A stretch of 64,000 nt of DNA, taken from contig CAKKRH010000023.1 of the NCBI GenBank assembly GCA_919902675.1, positions 12,000-75,999 on the forward strand, given 5' to 3'. This DNA comes from Omnitrophica bacterium GWA2_41_15. GTDB taxonomy: Bacteria > Omnitrophota > Gorgyraeia > Gygaellales > UBA12090. Position numbers and translations under genes: made by a program. Positions 51,896 through 62,545 of this stretch are shown here, piece after piece. The notes beneath the pieces are model-generated. The model was not told the DNA's origin and did not search any database. It saw only the letters and a list, made by a program, of their open reading frames with translations. Every line of letters begins with the position of its first letter. Positions within the stretch are counted from its first letter, which is position 1.

Positions 51896-51917
51896 AATAT
51901 TACGAAACAATCTCGTT

Positions 51918-52934
51918 TTACGCGGCGGGAATATCCTGGAAGGAAACTGCGGTTAACTTTACTAATTGGCGCAAAACCTCAACATTTTTTAAATCAAATT
52001 TGTTTGGAGCATAGCGGGTCCCGATATTCATAACCCCCAGAAGCTTGCCCTCTGTTCGGATTGGAGCCACGACCGCTGATTGTATCTCCGGCCGCTGAAA
52101 CCGCCCCTTAATTCGTTCATCCGCGATTTTATCGTTAACCAATAAAATCTTTCCCTCCTGGGCCGCTAAACCGGCAATTCCCTCGCCTATTTTAAGGCGC
52201 GTATTTTTAATTATATCTTTCTTTATACCCCGGCTTATCTTGATGAACAACTCGCCGGTTTCCTCATTCAATAACATAATCGAGCCAAGTTCACCGCCTA
52301 ACACACCGCAAGAAACATCTAAAAGCGCGTTCAGCAGTTTATCAGTGTAAAATTTATACACCATTTTGCTTAAGCTGGGCAGAGGAATGGTTTTTCCGAG
52401 TTTAAACCTGTGATAGTCTACCTCCACAATGTATGAAACAACATCCCGCAGTAATTCAAGCACCGACTGAATCGCGGAGAAAGAAAAGTCCTTGATTTCT
52501 ATAAAGGCATCGGCAAATTTATCAAAATCTATGCCTAATTCCGCCGCTTTCTCGCGATATTTTTCCGGCTTCTGACGTTCACCCAAAACCACAGGGCCAA
52601 CCATGATATAAGCGATTAGCTGATTCTCAGGCAAGCTGACCGGGATGGCAAAATTATATAAACCAAGATGGCACTGCCTACCGTCCTTCCACATCTCATT
52701 TGTTACTAAATTAACTAAAGAAGGCGAAAAGCACTCCACGCATTTAGCCATACCCGCGGCAGAAGCGTTAATAATCTCCGCGCAGAGCCCGACAGGCCTG
52801 CTGATGGCGGTAAGCGGATTGCCGAATGGGTCTATAGTGCGAATAGCAGCTCCTATAACCTCGGCAAAATGTTCCTGTATCTCCTGCCATTGTTTAATAT
52901 CAACAAGCTCCTCGAAGGAGTTAGTCTTCTTCAT
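51918..52934 (-). CDS. PocR-GAF sensory protein
   Basis: N-terminal PocR-like domain (...IQEHFAEVIGAAIRTIDPFGNPL......CAEII.......C.EC....CHLGLYNFAIPV...) followed by a GAF-like C-terminal half. Overlaps the upstream response-regulator gene by 4 nt. Confidence 0.65.
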   Translation of the reverse strand: MKKTNSFEELVDIKQWQEIQEHFAEVIGAAIRTIDPFGNPLTAISRPVGLCAEIINASAAGMAKCVECFSPSLVNLVTNEMWKDGRQCHLGLYNFAIPVSLPENQLIAYIMVGPVVLGERQKPEKYREKAAELGIDFDKFADAFIEIKDFSFSAIQSVLELLRDVVSYIVEVDYHRFKLGKTIPLPSLSKMVYKFYTDKLLNALLDVSCGVLGGELGSIMLLNEETGELFIKISRGIKKDIIKNTRLKIGEGIAGLAAQEGKILLVNDKIADERIKGRFQRPEIQSAVVAPIRTEGKLLGVMNIGTRYAPNKFDLKNVEVLRQLVKLTAVSFQDIPAA

Positions 52935-54361
52935 TCCGATTCCTTAACCGCGGTTCTTCTTTTCAATAAACCATACTCCTTCATTTTATTATATAATGTG
53001 GTGCGATTTATACCTAATCTAGCCGCGGTATCCTTACGGTTGCCTCCGGACTGTTCTAAGGCAGCCTGAATAACCTGTCTCTCCGGGCTCTTAAGCGCCT
53101 GGCGCAGTGATTTCGCGTGCGGCCTGGCTGAAACGCCTATTGACAGAGCTTCCTCGGACGGGATGTCCGTTTTATGAAAAAATTCGGGCAGGTCCTGCAT
53201 TCCCACAATGTTTCCTCTGGCAAGAATAACCGAACGCTCAACAATATTTTCCAGTTCCCTGACATTACCCGGCCAATTATACTGCGATAAAGCCAACATT
53301 GCCTCTTTGGAGATGCCGGTTACCTTCTTATTATTCTTATTAACCTCATTATTTTTCTTTTCCAGAAAATATTCTAATAACAGCGGGATATCGTTTCTTC
53401 TTTCTCTTAAAGGCGGAATTTTGATGGAAATCACGTTTAAACGATAATACAAATCCTCCCGGAACTTTCCTTTTTTTATGGCTTCGTTTAAGTCCTGGTT
53501 AGTGGCGGCAATAACCCGCACATCAACCTTTACGGTCTTAGTATCTCCCACTCTTTCGAACTCTCCGCTCTGAAGTATACGCAGCAGCTTAACCTGCAGA
53601 TTGGGGCTGAAGGCGTCTATTTCATCCAGAAATATGGAGCCTTTCTCAGCCAGTTCAAACCTTCCGATCCTGTCTTTTATGGCTCCGGTAAAAGCGCCTC
53701 TCACATGGCCAAACAATTCGGTTTCTAACAGCGTCTCAGGTAAAGCTCCGCAGCTTACCTCAACTAACGGCTTATCCCTGCGGGCAGGGTCGCTCTGATG
53801 AATAGCATAAGCAATCAGACTCTTGCCGGTTCCGCTTTCTCCGTGAAGTAAAATAGTGGCATTAGAGTCGGCCACCATCTCAATCAAGGCGTAAATCTTT
53901 TGCATCTGGGGGTCTTGTCCGACTATATTCTGGAAACTTTTCCTGGTGGTATCCTTAAGGGCCTCCCGTAAGCAACGATTTTCCTCAATTAATTTCTGCT
54001 GTTTTATTATCTTCTCAATAACTACCTTTATTTCACTGTCCACTATGGGCTTAGTGACATAATCAAACGCGCCCTCCCGCATTGCCTCTACCGCGGCTTC
54101 AATAGAACCATATCCGGTAATTAATATCACCGGGATCTCCAGGCCCCTGGCCTTCATCTCTTTAACTAACTGCAACCCCTCCATCCTGGGCATTTTCATA
54201 TCGGAAATCACTATCTCCGGCAGCAGCTTTTCTATCAAGCCCAACGCTTCCAGCCCGTCCTTGGCGGTAGTAACCCGGTATCCTTCAAATTTTAAAATCT
54301 CATATAGAGATTGCCTGGTCAACGGCTCATCATCCGCTATAAGGATATGATTATCAGCCAT
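52931..54361 (-). CDS. Sigma-54-dependent response regulator (NtrC family bEBP)
   Basis: Receiver domain (ILIADDEPL...DMKMP), AAA+ sigma-54 interaction domain ([19 protein letters not shown]) and a C-terminal Fis-type HTH. Confidence 0.9.
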   Translation of the reverse strand: MADNHILIADDEPLTRQSLYEILKFEGYRVTTAKDGLEALGLIEKLLPEIVISDMKMPRMEGLQLVKEMKARGLEIPVILITGYGSIEAAVEAMREGAFDYVTKPIVDSEIKVVIEKIIKQQKLIEENRCLREALKDTTRKSFQNIVGQDPQMQKIYALIEMVADSNATILLHGESGTGKSLIAYAIHQSDPARRDKPLVEVSCGALPETLLETELFGHVRGAFTGAIKDRIGRFELAEKGSIFLDEIDAFSPNLQVKLLRILQSGEFERVGDTKTVKVDVRVIAATNQDLNEAIKKGKFREDLYYRLNVISIKIPPLRERRNDIPLLLEYFLEKKNNEVNKNNKKVTGISKEAMLALSQYNWPGNVRELENIVERSVILARGNIVGMQDLPEFFHKTDIPSEEALSIGVSARPHAKSLRQALKSPERQVIQAALEQSGGNRKDTAARLGINRTTLYNKMKEYGLLKRRTAVKESE

Positions 54362-55604
54362 TGTTTTTGCCTCTTGGTGAATTCAACCCATCAACAGGCA
54401 GCTCTATGACAAAATGTGCCCCCCTACTCTTACCTTGTTCCAAATATATTTTGCCGTTGTACCTTTGCACAATATCACGGCAGATGGCCAGGCCTAAGCC
54501 TGAACCGCTTCCCAATTCTTTAGTGGTGAAAAATGGTTCAAATATCTTTTTCTGGATTTCCTCCGGTATGCCGTGGCCGGTATCCCTAAACTTGATTTCA
54601 ATACGTCTATTTTTTATTCCGGTTGAAACCTTTATGGTGCCGCCACCCGCGCCGATAGCATCGCAGGCATTCTTTATAATATTAATAAATACTAATTTTA
54701 ATCCGTTGTCGCAGGCCGCGGGTAAGCGCGGGTTGAGCTGTTTAACCACTTTAATATTATTAATCAGGATATGATGGCTGGTCATAAGAAGAGAGTCTTC
54801 AATCGTCTTATTTATGTCAATTGGCCTGTTGAATACCGGGGAATACACCTGCGCGAAATCCAAAAGAGACCTTATGGTTCCGGCAATCCGGCTCAACCCT
54901 TTCTTGGCGTTGAGCAGGTATTCGCGGACAATACCGTCTTCATTCAGGTGGCCCAGTGAAATGTTAACATACCTCATAACTCCATCAAGTGGGTTGTTTA
55001 ACTCATGGGCAATCCCGGCAACGAGTTTACCGATAGAGGCGAATTTTTTCAGCTGATCCAGCTCACTGTCTTCAACGTCTTTAGCCGCGCTTAATGCCTG
55101 GTTAAGTTCCCTGGTTTTTTCATAGAGTTGGTTCTTGTGTATCGCTACCGCGATATAATTAGAAATAAGGAAAAGAATCTGTAGGTCTTTTGAAGTAAAG
55201 GGCTTCCCTGAAATCCTCTCGCTGATATTAATAACACCGATGAGCTTATCCGCCGCCACTAAAGGCACGGAAAGAAATGAATTTGTCCGATAATGGCTGA
55301 ACCTTTTCATATTCCTAAAACGAGGATCAATCCTGATATCTCTCACCAGGATTGGCTCCCTCTTAGAGGCAACCACTCCAGAAACACCCTGTCCTAATCT
55401 TTCCCTTATCCCGCTTAAGCGCCGACTGCTGGAACTGCGGTATATCTTGAGCGCTAAATCCTGTTTCTCGTTATCAAATAGAAAAACCGACCCTCCTTTT
55501 GATTTCAAAAGATGCATACAATTCTTCAGGGTTAATTTCAAGAAATCTTTCATATTGGCTTCGGGAATAATGTTTTTGACCTGATTAACCATTTTAATTG
55601 TCAT
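54354..55604 (-). CDS. GAF-domain sensor histidine kinase
   Basis: GAF region, H-box [12 protein letters not shown], and HATPase_c motifs ([23 protein letters not shown]). Confidence 0.85.
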   Translation of the reverse strand: MTIKMVNQVKNIIPEANMKDFLKLTLKNCMHLLKSKGGSVFLFDNEKQDLALKIYRSSSSRRLSGIRERLGQGVSGVVASKREPILVRDIRIDPRFRNMKRFSHYRTNSFLSVPLVAADKLIGVINISERISGKPFTSKDLQILFLISNYIAVAIHKNQLYEKTRELNQALSAAKDVEDSELDQLKKFASIGKLVAGIAHELNNPLDGVMRYVNISLGHLNEDGIVREYLLNAKKGLSRIAGTIRSLLDFAQVYSPVFNRPIDINKTIEDSLLMTSHHILINNIKVVKQLNPRLPAACDNGLKLVFINIIKNACDAIGAGGGTIKVSTGIKNRRIEIKFRDTGHGIPEEIQKKIFEPFFTTKELGSGSGLGLAICRDIVQRYNGKIYLEQGKSRGAHFVIELPVDGLNSPRGKNNG

Positions 55605-55732
55605 TAGGGTGATAGGCTAGATGGCCAGCATTGCGAGGCGAGGCCGGAATGGTTACATTCTTGAACCGCCCCGGCCTCTGGTATGCTAGAATTTACTTAT
55701 TAGCTCAGCAAATTTTATCTTAAATATTTAAA

Positions 55733-55761
55733 AGTATACCATACTATTCAGGCCATGTCAA
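55733..55761 (-). promoter_or_regulatory. Sigma-70-type promoter (TTGACA-N17-TATACT) for the kinase/regulator/PocR operon
   Basis: On the minus strand: ttgaca (55761-55756), a 17-nt spacer, tatact (55738-55733). The leader of about 120 nt contains the hairpin gaggccgg...ccggcctc. Confidence 0.6.
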
Positions 55762-55784
55762 GGCCGGTTAAGATCAAGCAGGGA

Positions 55785-56450
55785 TCAAGCAGGGATTTTC
55801 TTGCCGGGAATGATATATTCTGCCAATAAAGGCGCCAACTGCTTGATAAAGTCTTTTCCCGAGGCATCGGCCTGCGAAAGGTCGTCACCGGCTGTTCGCG
55901 CGGAAACACGAATCAGGCTCCCGCCGCCGGCGGAATTACGGCTTAGCTCATTCCAGGTAAAATAACACTGCTGAAGGTAATAGTTTTCCGTAACCTTATT
56001 TCCCGCGGTAAACCAATACCAGGCAATCTCCTGGCCGTATTTATCTTTCATCAAAAGCTTGTTTGTCCGCAGGCCCTGGCTTCCAAGCGATCCGCTAGTT
56101 TCCACTGTTTCCTGATTCTTAAATAGCAGTTCCCGGCCATCGCCCAGATAACATATCTCCGGAGGGTGAAAAGCGGCCCGGCTGGCTCCGGAATAAACAA
56201 TTGCCAGGCTCACTTTCTCACCTTGAGGGTTGGTATATTCGCGCATAAGGACATCCTCTGTTTCTAATATTTTATATACCCTTTTGGTGATCGGCAGGTC
56301 CTTACCCTTCCAACCCCCCAGCTCCATAGGAATATTCTCTAACCTAACCTGAGATGGCGCTATATTTTTTAACTGCCAGAGATAAATTAATCCCAGCAAA
56401 GTTAAAACCAAAAGGCTGATTACGGTTAATCCGGTTTTATTATTTGACAT
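55785..56450 (-). CDS. EpsI-family exosortase-associated protein
   Basis: 221 aa with an N-terminal TM segment. It overlaps, and lies immediately downstream of, the exosortase gene, the standard EpsH/EpsI arrangement. Confidence 0.65.
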   Translation of the reverse strand: MSNNKTGLTVISLLVLTLLGLIYLWQLKNIAPSQVRLENIPMELGGWKGKDLPITKRVYKILETEDVLMREYTNPQGEKVSLAIVYSGASRAAFHPPEICYLGDGRELLFKNQETVETSGSLGSQGLRTNKLLMKDKYGQEIAWYWFTAGNKVTENYYLQQCYFTWNELSRNSAGGGSLIRVSARTAGDDLSQADASGKDFIKQLAPLLAEYIIPGKKIPA

Positions 56451-57253
56451 TTTAACAACCTCGCCGCGCCTACAAGCCCGATAAAGGCAAAAACAAATAC
56501 CAGCATTCCGGTAAAATCATGGAAAAAACCTAAAGCCGCCTTTTCTCCATAAATATAGGCGACCAGAATAAGCATAATTATTCTCAACACATTGGAAATC
56601 ATAGCAATGGGGATTGCCGATAGGCAAAGAATTCTTTTTTTGAGCCTCGAGGCATTTGTGAATTGGGTAAAGACCACACCCAGAGCCAAAAGCGAAATTA
56701 GCGATTTTAATCCGCTGCAAGGGTCACCAACAACCAAAGAACCGGCAGGTAAATAAATCGTTGAGCCATCCCTAGTGATGGGTATTCCGGCCAGACTCAC
56801 TATCCCGGAGGCCATCTGGGCGGCCAGCATCTTCATTTTAAAACTGATAGCGATGATTATGACATTGGGCAGAGGAATCATAAAAATCAGGAAAGCCAGA
56901 GGGAAAAACAAGAGGGGAAAAACAGCTTTTCCACAAAGATAAAGCCCTAATCCCGCCAAAACAAGCGGCAATGAAAAATAAGAGCCGAAGTTTAACCGTA
57001 GAGCCGCGCTTATTATATGCAGGAACAATCCTGAGGCCAATAAAATCAGCCCAAACTTGGAGGGTTGAGCTGCCGGCAAAAGAGCCTTAATTCTCTTTCT
57101 CTTAGTCCAGATAAGGTAAGCGCTGACCAGGGGCACCAAAAATCCATGGGAATAATACGAATCCGCGGCCAGATATTTGCGCCCCAGGCTTATGAAGGTA
57201 GGCGCGTAGATGACTGTTAGTAAACTGATTATGGCGGCGGTTTTATAAAACAA
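56426..57253 (-). CDS. Exosortase (EpsH/Xrt family)
   Basis: Polytopic membrane protein with the exosortase catalytic-Cys context ...VVGDPCSGLKSLISLL... and a downstream ...NVLRI... Neighbours are EpsI and PEP-CTERM proteins. Confidence 0.8.
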   Translation of the reverse strand: MFYKTAAIISLLTVIYAPTFISLGRKYLAADSYYSHGFLVPLVSAYLIWTKRKRIKALLPAAQPSKFGLILLASGLFLHIISAALRLNFGSYFSLPLVLAGLGLYLCGKAVFPLLFFPLAFLIFMIPLPNVIIIAISFKMKMLAAQMASGIVSLAGIPITRDGSTIYLPAGSLVVGDPCSGLKSLISLLALGVVFTQFTNASRLKKRILCLSAIPIAMISNVLRIIMLILVAYIYGEKAALGFFHDFTGMLVFVFAFIGLVGAARLLKCQIIKPD

Positions 57254-57265
57254 CTTTTGAGGGGT

Positions 57266-58723
57266 TTAGGAAGAGGCAGGGCTACCCTGCAAAGATTCAA
57301 TCTCAGACTTAGCCAAACCGGCTAATTCATGTCCAGGATACTGCTGGATAAACCTTTCGAATGTTTCTTTTGCCTTCCTTGTATCGCGCAGCTGCCTGCG
57401 ATAAATAATCGCCATGGTAAACATAGCTTTAGGAGCCCTGATATCTTCGGGATAAGCCTCGGTTAATACCTGCAGAGAATCAACGGCCTTATCCCATTTT
57501 TGTTGGCTCAAATAACCCAGGCTGATTAAATCCCAGGCCTGAGGCGCAAGCGAACCGTGAGGATCCCGCTTGATTATCTTTTCGTATCCTAAAATCGCTT
57601 CCTTAAAAGCGCTTTCAGCCTCAGCGGGCCGATTCTCTTTCTGGTAATGCTGGGCAATAAACAGCGGTATGGACAAAGCCGCGGAGGTATCCGGGTAGGC
57701 GGCTTTTATCTCGGCATAAACCCGCATTACCCCTTCCCAGTCGCCCTGCTTTTCATAACAGGCGGCAATAGCCAGCTTGGCATCGGTGCAGAGTTTAGTT
57801 TCCTTAGGGTAGTTCTTTATTATTTCATTAAAAATCTTTATTGCTCCGGAAAAATCCCCCTTAATGAGATAGAGCCGGCCAATCTGAAACTTAGCGTGCT
57901 TGATTATCTTGCTGTTAGGGTTCTTGCTTACAAAATCCTCGTAAGTGTCTATAGCCTTCTGGAGGTCCTTTATCTGCCTTAAATATGTTTCCCCCAGGGT
58001 AAACAGCAGACCCTCGCCCACCTGGTCTTGAGGGTTTTCATCAACTATTCTCTGCCAGATGTCTACCGCCTTATCCCAACTCCCCTGGCTCACATAAGCT
58101 AAGGCCAAATAATCCTTCAAGACCGCGGCAAAGCTAGTTCCGGAATACTCCTTAACCAGGCCCTTGTAGTATTTTATCGCCTTTTCATAAGCTTTTGCCG
58201 CCTCAAGCTCGTTTTTATCGCGCTGATAATATTCGGCGATATACACCGGCATCTTAAGCCCGATCCGGCTTAAAGGGTAAAGATCGCTGATTTTATCATA
58301 TTCCTGAACAGCCTTTTTCTGTTTGCCCTGGCGTTCGTAAATACTGCCAATCATAAATTGAGCCTGAGAGGCCAATTCCGTGTTGTTGGAAAAATTCTGG
58401 ATTACCTTAACCATCTCTTCCTCGGCTTCGCGGTATTGCTTTCGCAAAACATAGACCTGAGTAACGATAAATTGGGATTGAGCGGATATGGATTCTAAGG
58501 GAAATCTTTCCGTCAGCCTGCGGTAGCCGAAAATTATCTTTTCATAGTCCTGATCATTAAGCTTGTCTAAAGGCTGGCCTTTGGCAATATCCTTAGCCGC
58601 CTGATTGGCCTGCCAATAAAGCCTCTCCGCCGAATATTGGCTCCCGCATCCGGACAACGATGCCGCAAGAACAAAAAAAGACAGCATATAACGCATGGCG
58701 CATAGCGTATGGCTTTTTTTCAT
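57266..58723 (-). CDS. TPR-repeat lipoprotein of the PEP-CTERM locus
   Basis: The likely start MKKSHTLCAMRYMLSFFVLAASLSGC (lipobox LSGC) at 58723 overlaps the upstream stop as ATGA. TPR-like repeats run throughout. Confidence 0.8.
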   Translation of the reverse strand: MKKSHTLCAMRYMLSFFVLAASLSGCGSQYSAERLYWQANQAAKDIAKGQPLDKLNDQDYEKIIFGYRRLTERFPLESISAQSQFIVTQVYVLRKQYREAEEEMVKVIQNFSNNTELASQAQFMIGSIYERQGKQKKAVQEYDKISDLYPLSRIGLKMPVYIAEYYQRDKNELEAAKAYEKAIKYYKGLVKEYSGTSFAAVLKDYLALAYVSQGSWDKAVDIWQRIVDENPQDQVGEGLLFTLGETYLRQIKDLQKAIDTYEDFVSKNPNSKIIKHAKFQIGRLYLIKGDFSGAIKIFNEIIKNYPKETKLCTDAKLAIAACYEKQGDWEGVMRVYAEIKAAYPDTSAALSIPLFIAQHYQKENRPAEAESAFKEAILGYEKIIKRDPHGSLAPQAWDLISLGYLSQQKWDKAVDSLQVLTEAYPEDIRAPKAMFTMAIIYRRQLRDTRKAKETFERFIQQYPGHELAGLAKSEIESLQGSPASS

Positions 58724-59535
58724 TCGCCTTCCTTTTTGTTTAAAAATAGTATTGTGGTTGAACTGGTAACCAGGCAATCTATAATTACCGAAATAACAAT
58801 ACCCGAGACTATAAAGATCAATACCGCTTCGGGAAAAATCTTGCTCATTAAGAAAGACAGTTTACTTTTTAAAATCAACATTGGGATATAGATAATCGTG
58901 GGCAAGGCCACCAGGACTAAAGTCGGCAGTAAGGCGCCCAGGCAAAAAGACACGCTCCTTTTAATTGCTGGAAATATTTTCCTTTCCTCGATAATTACCG
59001 CCGGTATGGCATATATGAAAAGCGCTTGAATTAGAGTACTAATCAAAAAACCAGCCCCTAATACCATAAATGAAGCGGCGCGCTGCTTAAAATGAAAGAT
59101 AACAGGTAATATCTTAAAGACCGCGCTCACCAAGCCAAACATCACCAACCATATTACCAGTAATTTCAGATATACCCGTAAAGATTTAGCTATGCCCCGG
59201 CCTAAACCCGGCCTTAGCCCGCCATGGGCTTCTTCGAGCATCTTCACGGCCGCTCCGGTCATCAAGACCCCAATCAAAGCGGTAGAAATTATATGGGCAA
59301 TATCGAATAATCGCGGGATTAAGAAGAGATTTAAGGGATAGTGCAAGAAACGCTCTCCCCAGAAGACTTTAATCGGCGGCCCCAGGAGAGCGGATAAGGG
59401 CGGCTGAGGGGCCAGGTAAATTATTAAAAGCAGGAATACGTCTACTAAGCCGACAAGAATAAAAGGCAGTAATATGCCGCGGTTTTGCCCAAATACCCTT
59501 ATGGTTTCCTTCCAAGTCTTTATCGCTGATTGCAT
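58720..59535 (-). CDS. Polytopic membrane protein of unknown function
   Basis: 271 aa with about 6-7 hydrophobic helices. It lies in the operon between the sugar transferase and the TPR lipoprotein. No family recognised. Confidence 0.5.
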   Translation of the reverse strand: MQSAIKTWKETIRVFGQNRGILLPFILVGLVDVFLLLIIYLAPQPPLSALLGPPIKVFWGERFLHYPLNLFLIPRLFDIAHIISTALIGVLMTGAAVKMLEEAHGGLRPGLGRGIAKSLRVYLKLLVIWLVMFGLVSAVFKILPVIFHFKQRAASFMVLGAGFLISTLIQALFIYAIPAVIIEERKIFPAIKRSVSFCLGALLPTLVLVALPTIIYIPMLILKSKLSFLMSKIFPEAVLIFIVSGIVISVIIDCLVTSSTTILFLNKKEGE

Positions 59536-59580
59536 AATGTTTTACTGTCTACCAGAAAGCCGAAAGGCTAAGAAACTAAG

Positions 59581-60477
59581 CTATCTGGCCCCTTCTCCGG
59601 TCAGTGCCCGGCCTACAGTCCAGTATATTATCCTAAAATCAAGCAACCAGCACATCTTTTTAATATACAATATATCGTATTCTAATTTCCTGGCCGCGTC
59701 TTTAAATGATGCTCCATAGTTATAGCGCACCTGGGCCAGGCCGGTTATCCCCGGCTTTATTTTTAGCCGCTGATTAAAATTAGGGATACGGCTATTAATC
59801 TCTTTTATCATTTCCGGACGCTCCGGGCGCGGTCCGACCAGGCTCATTTCCCCTTTAAAGACATTGATCAGCTGAGGGATCTCGTCAATATGGGATTTTC
59901 TTAAAAACCGGCCTAATCTGGTTATCCTGGGGTCGTCCTCTCCGGCCCAAACCGGGCCTGTACCCACCTCGGCATCCAAGCGCATAGTCCTGAACTTCCA
60001 AATCAGGAATATTTTCCCATCCTTGCCGGCTCGTCTTTGCTTATTAAAAAAGGCCGGTCCTGGGGAATCTATTTTAATCAATACGGAAACTATAAGAAAT
60101 AAAGGAGAAAGTATAATCAAACCTATACTAGCAACCACAAGGTCTAAGGCCCGCTTAAAGGTAATAAACTTCTTGCGCAAAAAATGAACAAAAACGCTCA
60201 TGAAACTGCAACTTATTGCCCAGGGAAAAAGTCCGCTCAGGTTAACCAGCCAATTAACTTCAACTAAAGAGAGTTTTTCTATGGCATAAAGCTTATTGCT
60301 AATTAGCCAAGATACGCTCATTATTATAATAAAGATAAGCACTGCCGCAATCGGAAATTTACTAGGCCCTGCCTTCTTTATTCGGCGCAATCGGCGCTTA
60401 GAATAAATATTATTCCGGAGATAACCTCTCCAGGCATATAATAGGTTGTAAAGTTCTTTCATCCTTGTTTGTTCCAT
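59581..60477 (-). CDS. Polyprenyl-phosphate glycosyl-phosphotransferase (bacterial sugar transferase, EpsB/WbaP-like)
   Basis: C-terminal catalytic domain ...DEIPQLINVFKGEMSLVGPRPERP... The start may be the internal ATG at 60462 (MKELYN...), given the sigma-54 promoter at 60492-60506. Confidence 0.85.
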   Translation of the reverse strand: MEQTRMKELYNLLYAWRGYLRNNIYSKRRLRRIKKAGPSKFPIAAVLIFIIIMSVSWLISNKLYAIEKLSLVEVNWLVNLSGLFPWAISCSFMSVFVHFLRKKFITFKRALDLVVASIGLIILSPLFLIVSVLIKIDSPGPAFFNKQRRAGKDGKIFLIWKFRTMRLDAEVGTGPVWAGEDDPRITRLGRFLRKSHIDEIPQLINVFKGEMSLVGPRPERPEMIKEINSRIPNFNQRLKIKPGITGLAQVRYNYGASFKDAARKLEYDILYIKKMCWLLDFRIIYWTVGRALTGEGAR

Positions 60478-60491
60478 AGAGATTTAAATGA

Positions 60492-60506
60492 GCAAGTTCT
60501 ATGCCA
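60492..60506 (-). promoter_or_regulatory. Sigma-54 promoter (TGGCAT-N5-TTGCT) upstream of the sugar-transferase/exosortase operon
   Basis: The minus strand reads tggcat-agaac-ttgct (plus strand gcaagttctatgcca at 60492-60506), with canonical GG/GC spacing. Confidence 0.65.
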
Positions 60507-60773
60507 TCTTTCTGCTTTATCATAAGAATAAAAAAGTTTTTATTCTTAACGCAACCTTTTATTTTACAGAATGTTATGCTAATACTTAAATATATTTATC
60601 TACCTTGCATCCGCGCGTAATCTTTTATATATTCTCTTAGCCGCAAGAAAATGTCTATCCAATTCAACCGTGCGCCCTCTCAGAAAAAGATAAATTATAA
60701 GACTAATTATTACAAAGTGTTATGACTTGCTTTCCTTGTCGAGTTAGTTAACAGACTGTCTATATTTATAAAC

Positions 60774-60806
60774 AAAAAGGGACAGTTTCTGGAAACCGTC
60801 CCTTTT
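60774..60806 (-). terminator. Intrinsic terminator after the PEP-CTERM protein gene
   Basis: The minus strand reads gggac-g-gttt-ccag-aaac-t-gtccc followed by ttttt. It lies about 45 nt after the stop at 60848. Confidence 0.6.
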
Positions 60807-60847
60807 GCTTTAATATAAGCTAAGAACAAACAACTAAAGATGCCGGC

Positions 60848-61504
60848 TTAAGCCTTAACTGCTTTTTTTCTACCGCGGCTAAACACCTTCAAACCAAACA
60901 GCCCAGAAGCTAAGAGAAATAAGCTGCCGGGTTCGGGAATAGGGTTGCCAGGGTTGCCGGTTTCGGCATCATGAGAAAACGGGGCAAAGACGTATTTAAT
61001 TTTACTTTTAGATAAAATATGGTCATAGGCGTCAAAATGGGCCCAGGAATAACCGGAAATTGAGATACTCACTGTCTTTATCTCACCCATGGCACTACCG
61101 GTCTCACCAGGCTGCATATTATAGACTGTCTGTACTAAACCGAAATCACCCATAAAATATGTCGCGAAATCCGCGGGGTATATGCCGTGAGATGGCAAAG
61201 AACTACCGTCGCCGGTAATAGGGGTCCCATAGGTAAATGACCCGATGGCGGTTGAATTGACCGTAATCGTGCCGGTTTCTCCGGTAGGAACCGCGATAGC
61301 TAAATAGACATCCTCAATAACATTATTCGCGCCAATCACCTGCAGGTCAAAATCGGTAAGAGACGAGGAAACCCAAGTTTCAGTCAGGATATCAAAAACG
61401 GCCCCTTCTACATATAACTGCAGTGCCGGGACAGCCTCTGCCGGCTTTACTATGCCACAAAAAGTGGCTAAAATGAAGAGCATAATTCCTAGGTATTTTT
61501 TCAT
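60848..61504 (-). CDS. PEP-CTERM sorting-domain protein
   Basis: Signal peptide. The C-terminus ...IPEPGSLFLLASGLFGLKVFSRGRKK is a PEP motif, a TM helix and a basic tail. Confidence 0.85.
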   Translation of the reverse strand: MKKYLGIMLFILATFCGIVKPAEAVPALQLYVEGAVFDILTETWVSSSLTDFDLQVIGANNVIEDVYLAIAVPTGETGTITVNSTAIGSFTYGTPITGDGSSLPSHGIYPADFATYFMGDFGLVQTVYNMQPGETGSAMGEIKTVSISISGYSWAHFDAYDHILSKSKIKYVFAPFSHDAETGNPGNPIPEPGSLFLLASGLFGLKVFSRGRKKAVKA

Positions 61505-61607
61505 TTTCTAATTCCTTTTTGCTATATTTAATCAGGAGGAGGAGCTAAGGCTGCCCTTGCTCCTCCTCCCGTCAAACAAGCTATTTCACCCTAAACCACA
61601 CACCAAA

Positions 61608-62273
61608 CTATTTCTTTCTCCTCACTCTTAACAAGGCCGCGCTCAATAATCCGCTGCCTAATAAAAGCAAGCTGCTTGGCTCTGGGATAGGAGCGGTATC
61701 ATGCTTAACCTTGGTCCCTGAGAAATTCGTAGCAAAGCTTCCGGTGAAGCTGCTATGCTCGCTGCTCATGCTATCTCCGCCCTTATAACTATAAGGAGCG
61801 TAATATGAACTCAAGGCCCCTCCGGTAAAATCAAAGGTATAGTTAAACAAATCAAATTGGGTTCCAGTATCCAACCAACCAAATCTGGTAACTTCTCCTC
61901 TGATTAAATCTCCGGAATAATCTATCACGCTATCACCGTCAACATCAATATTACCGCTAATAACTAAATCATCCCCGGCGATTCCACTAACGAAATTCCC
62001 TGAGGAGTTAACATAAAAACCAACGCTGTAACTCTTGGGTCCGATAATGGATAAATGACTTCCGGGTAATCCGGTAAAGGTGATGGTTAAAGGCGTAGCG
62101 GTGCTGCTAAATAGGTCTGTAGCGGCATCATAATTGTATACTCCTGTGGAATTTGAAAGTATGTCCGGCAGTAGTATATCTATATTCAACAAGGCTGCGT
62201 CAGCCCTTGCTGTAGCCAGCGTTAATCCTATAAGCGCTGCTCCTAAAATCAATCCTAATTTTTTATTTCTCAT
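61608..62273 (-). CDS. PEP-CTERM sorting-domain protein
   Basis: Signal peptide. The C-terminus ...APIPEPSSLLLLGSGLLSAALLRVRRKK is a PEP motif, a TM helix and a basic tail. Confidence 0.85.
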   Translation of the reverse strand: MRNKKLGLILGAALIGLTLATARADAALLNIDILLPDILSNSTGVYNYDAATDLFSSTATPLTITFTGLPGSHLSIIGPKSYSVGFYVNSSGNFVSGIAGDDLVISGNIDVDGDSVIDYSGDLIRGEVTRFGWLDTGTQFDLFNYTFDFTGGALSSYYAPYSYKGGDSMSSEHSSFTGSFATNFSGTKVKHDTAPIPEPSSLLLLGSGLLSAALLRVRRKK

Positions 62274-62329
62274 TATTCTTTCCTCCTTTCTTCTAAAATT
62301 TTACTTCTTTTTTACTATAAGTATAACTA

Positions 62330-62344
62330 GCAACTGTTATGCCA
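62330..62344 (-). promoter_or_regulatory. Sigma-54 promoter (TGGCAT-N5-TTGCT) upstream of the PEP-CTERM protein genes
   Basis: The minus strand reads ttggcat-aacag-ttgcta (plus strand gcaactgttatgcca at 62330-62344). It lies 57-71 nt upstream of the ATG at 62273. Confidence 0.7.
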
Positions 62345-62545
62345 ATAAGGGTATTTTTCAAAATAATCTTACTTGCCACTCAGTAACATACTACAATATA
62401 TTAGGTTACAGAAATTAAATAAATTAAGTCCGACTTCTTTAATTGAGGAGTTGAATCGGATGACTGATAAAGAGTGTTAGGATTTCCTACGGGGATAATC
62501 TAAGTGGTGGGAATATAACTATCTAACTAACTGAAGATAATTAGG

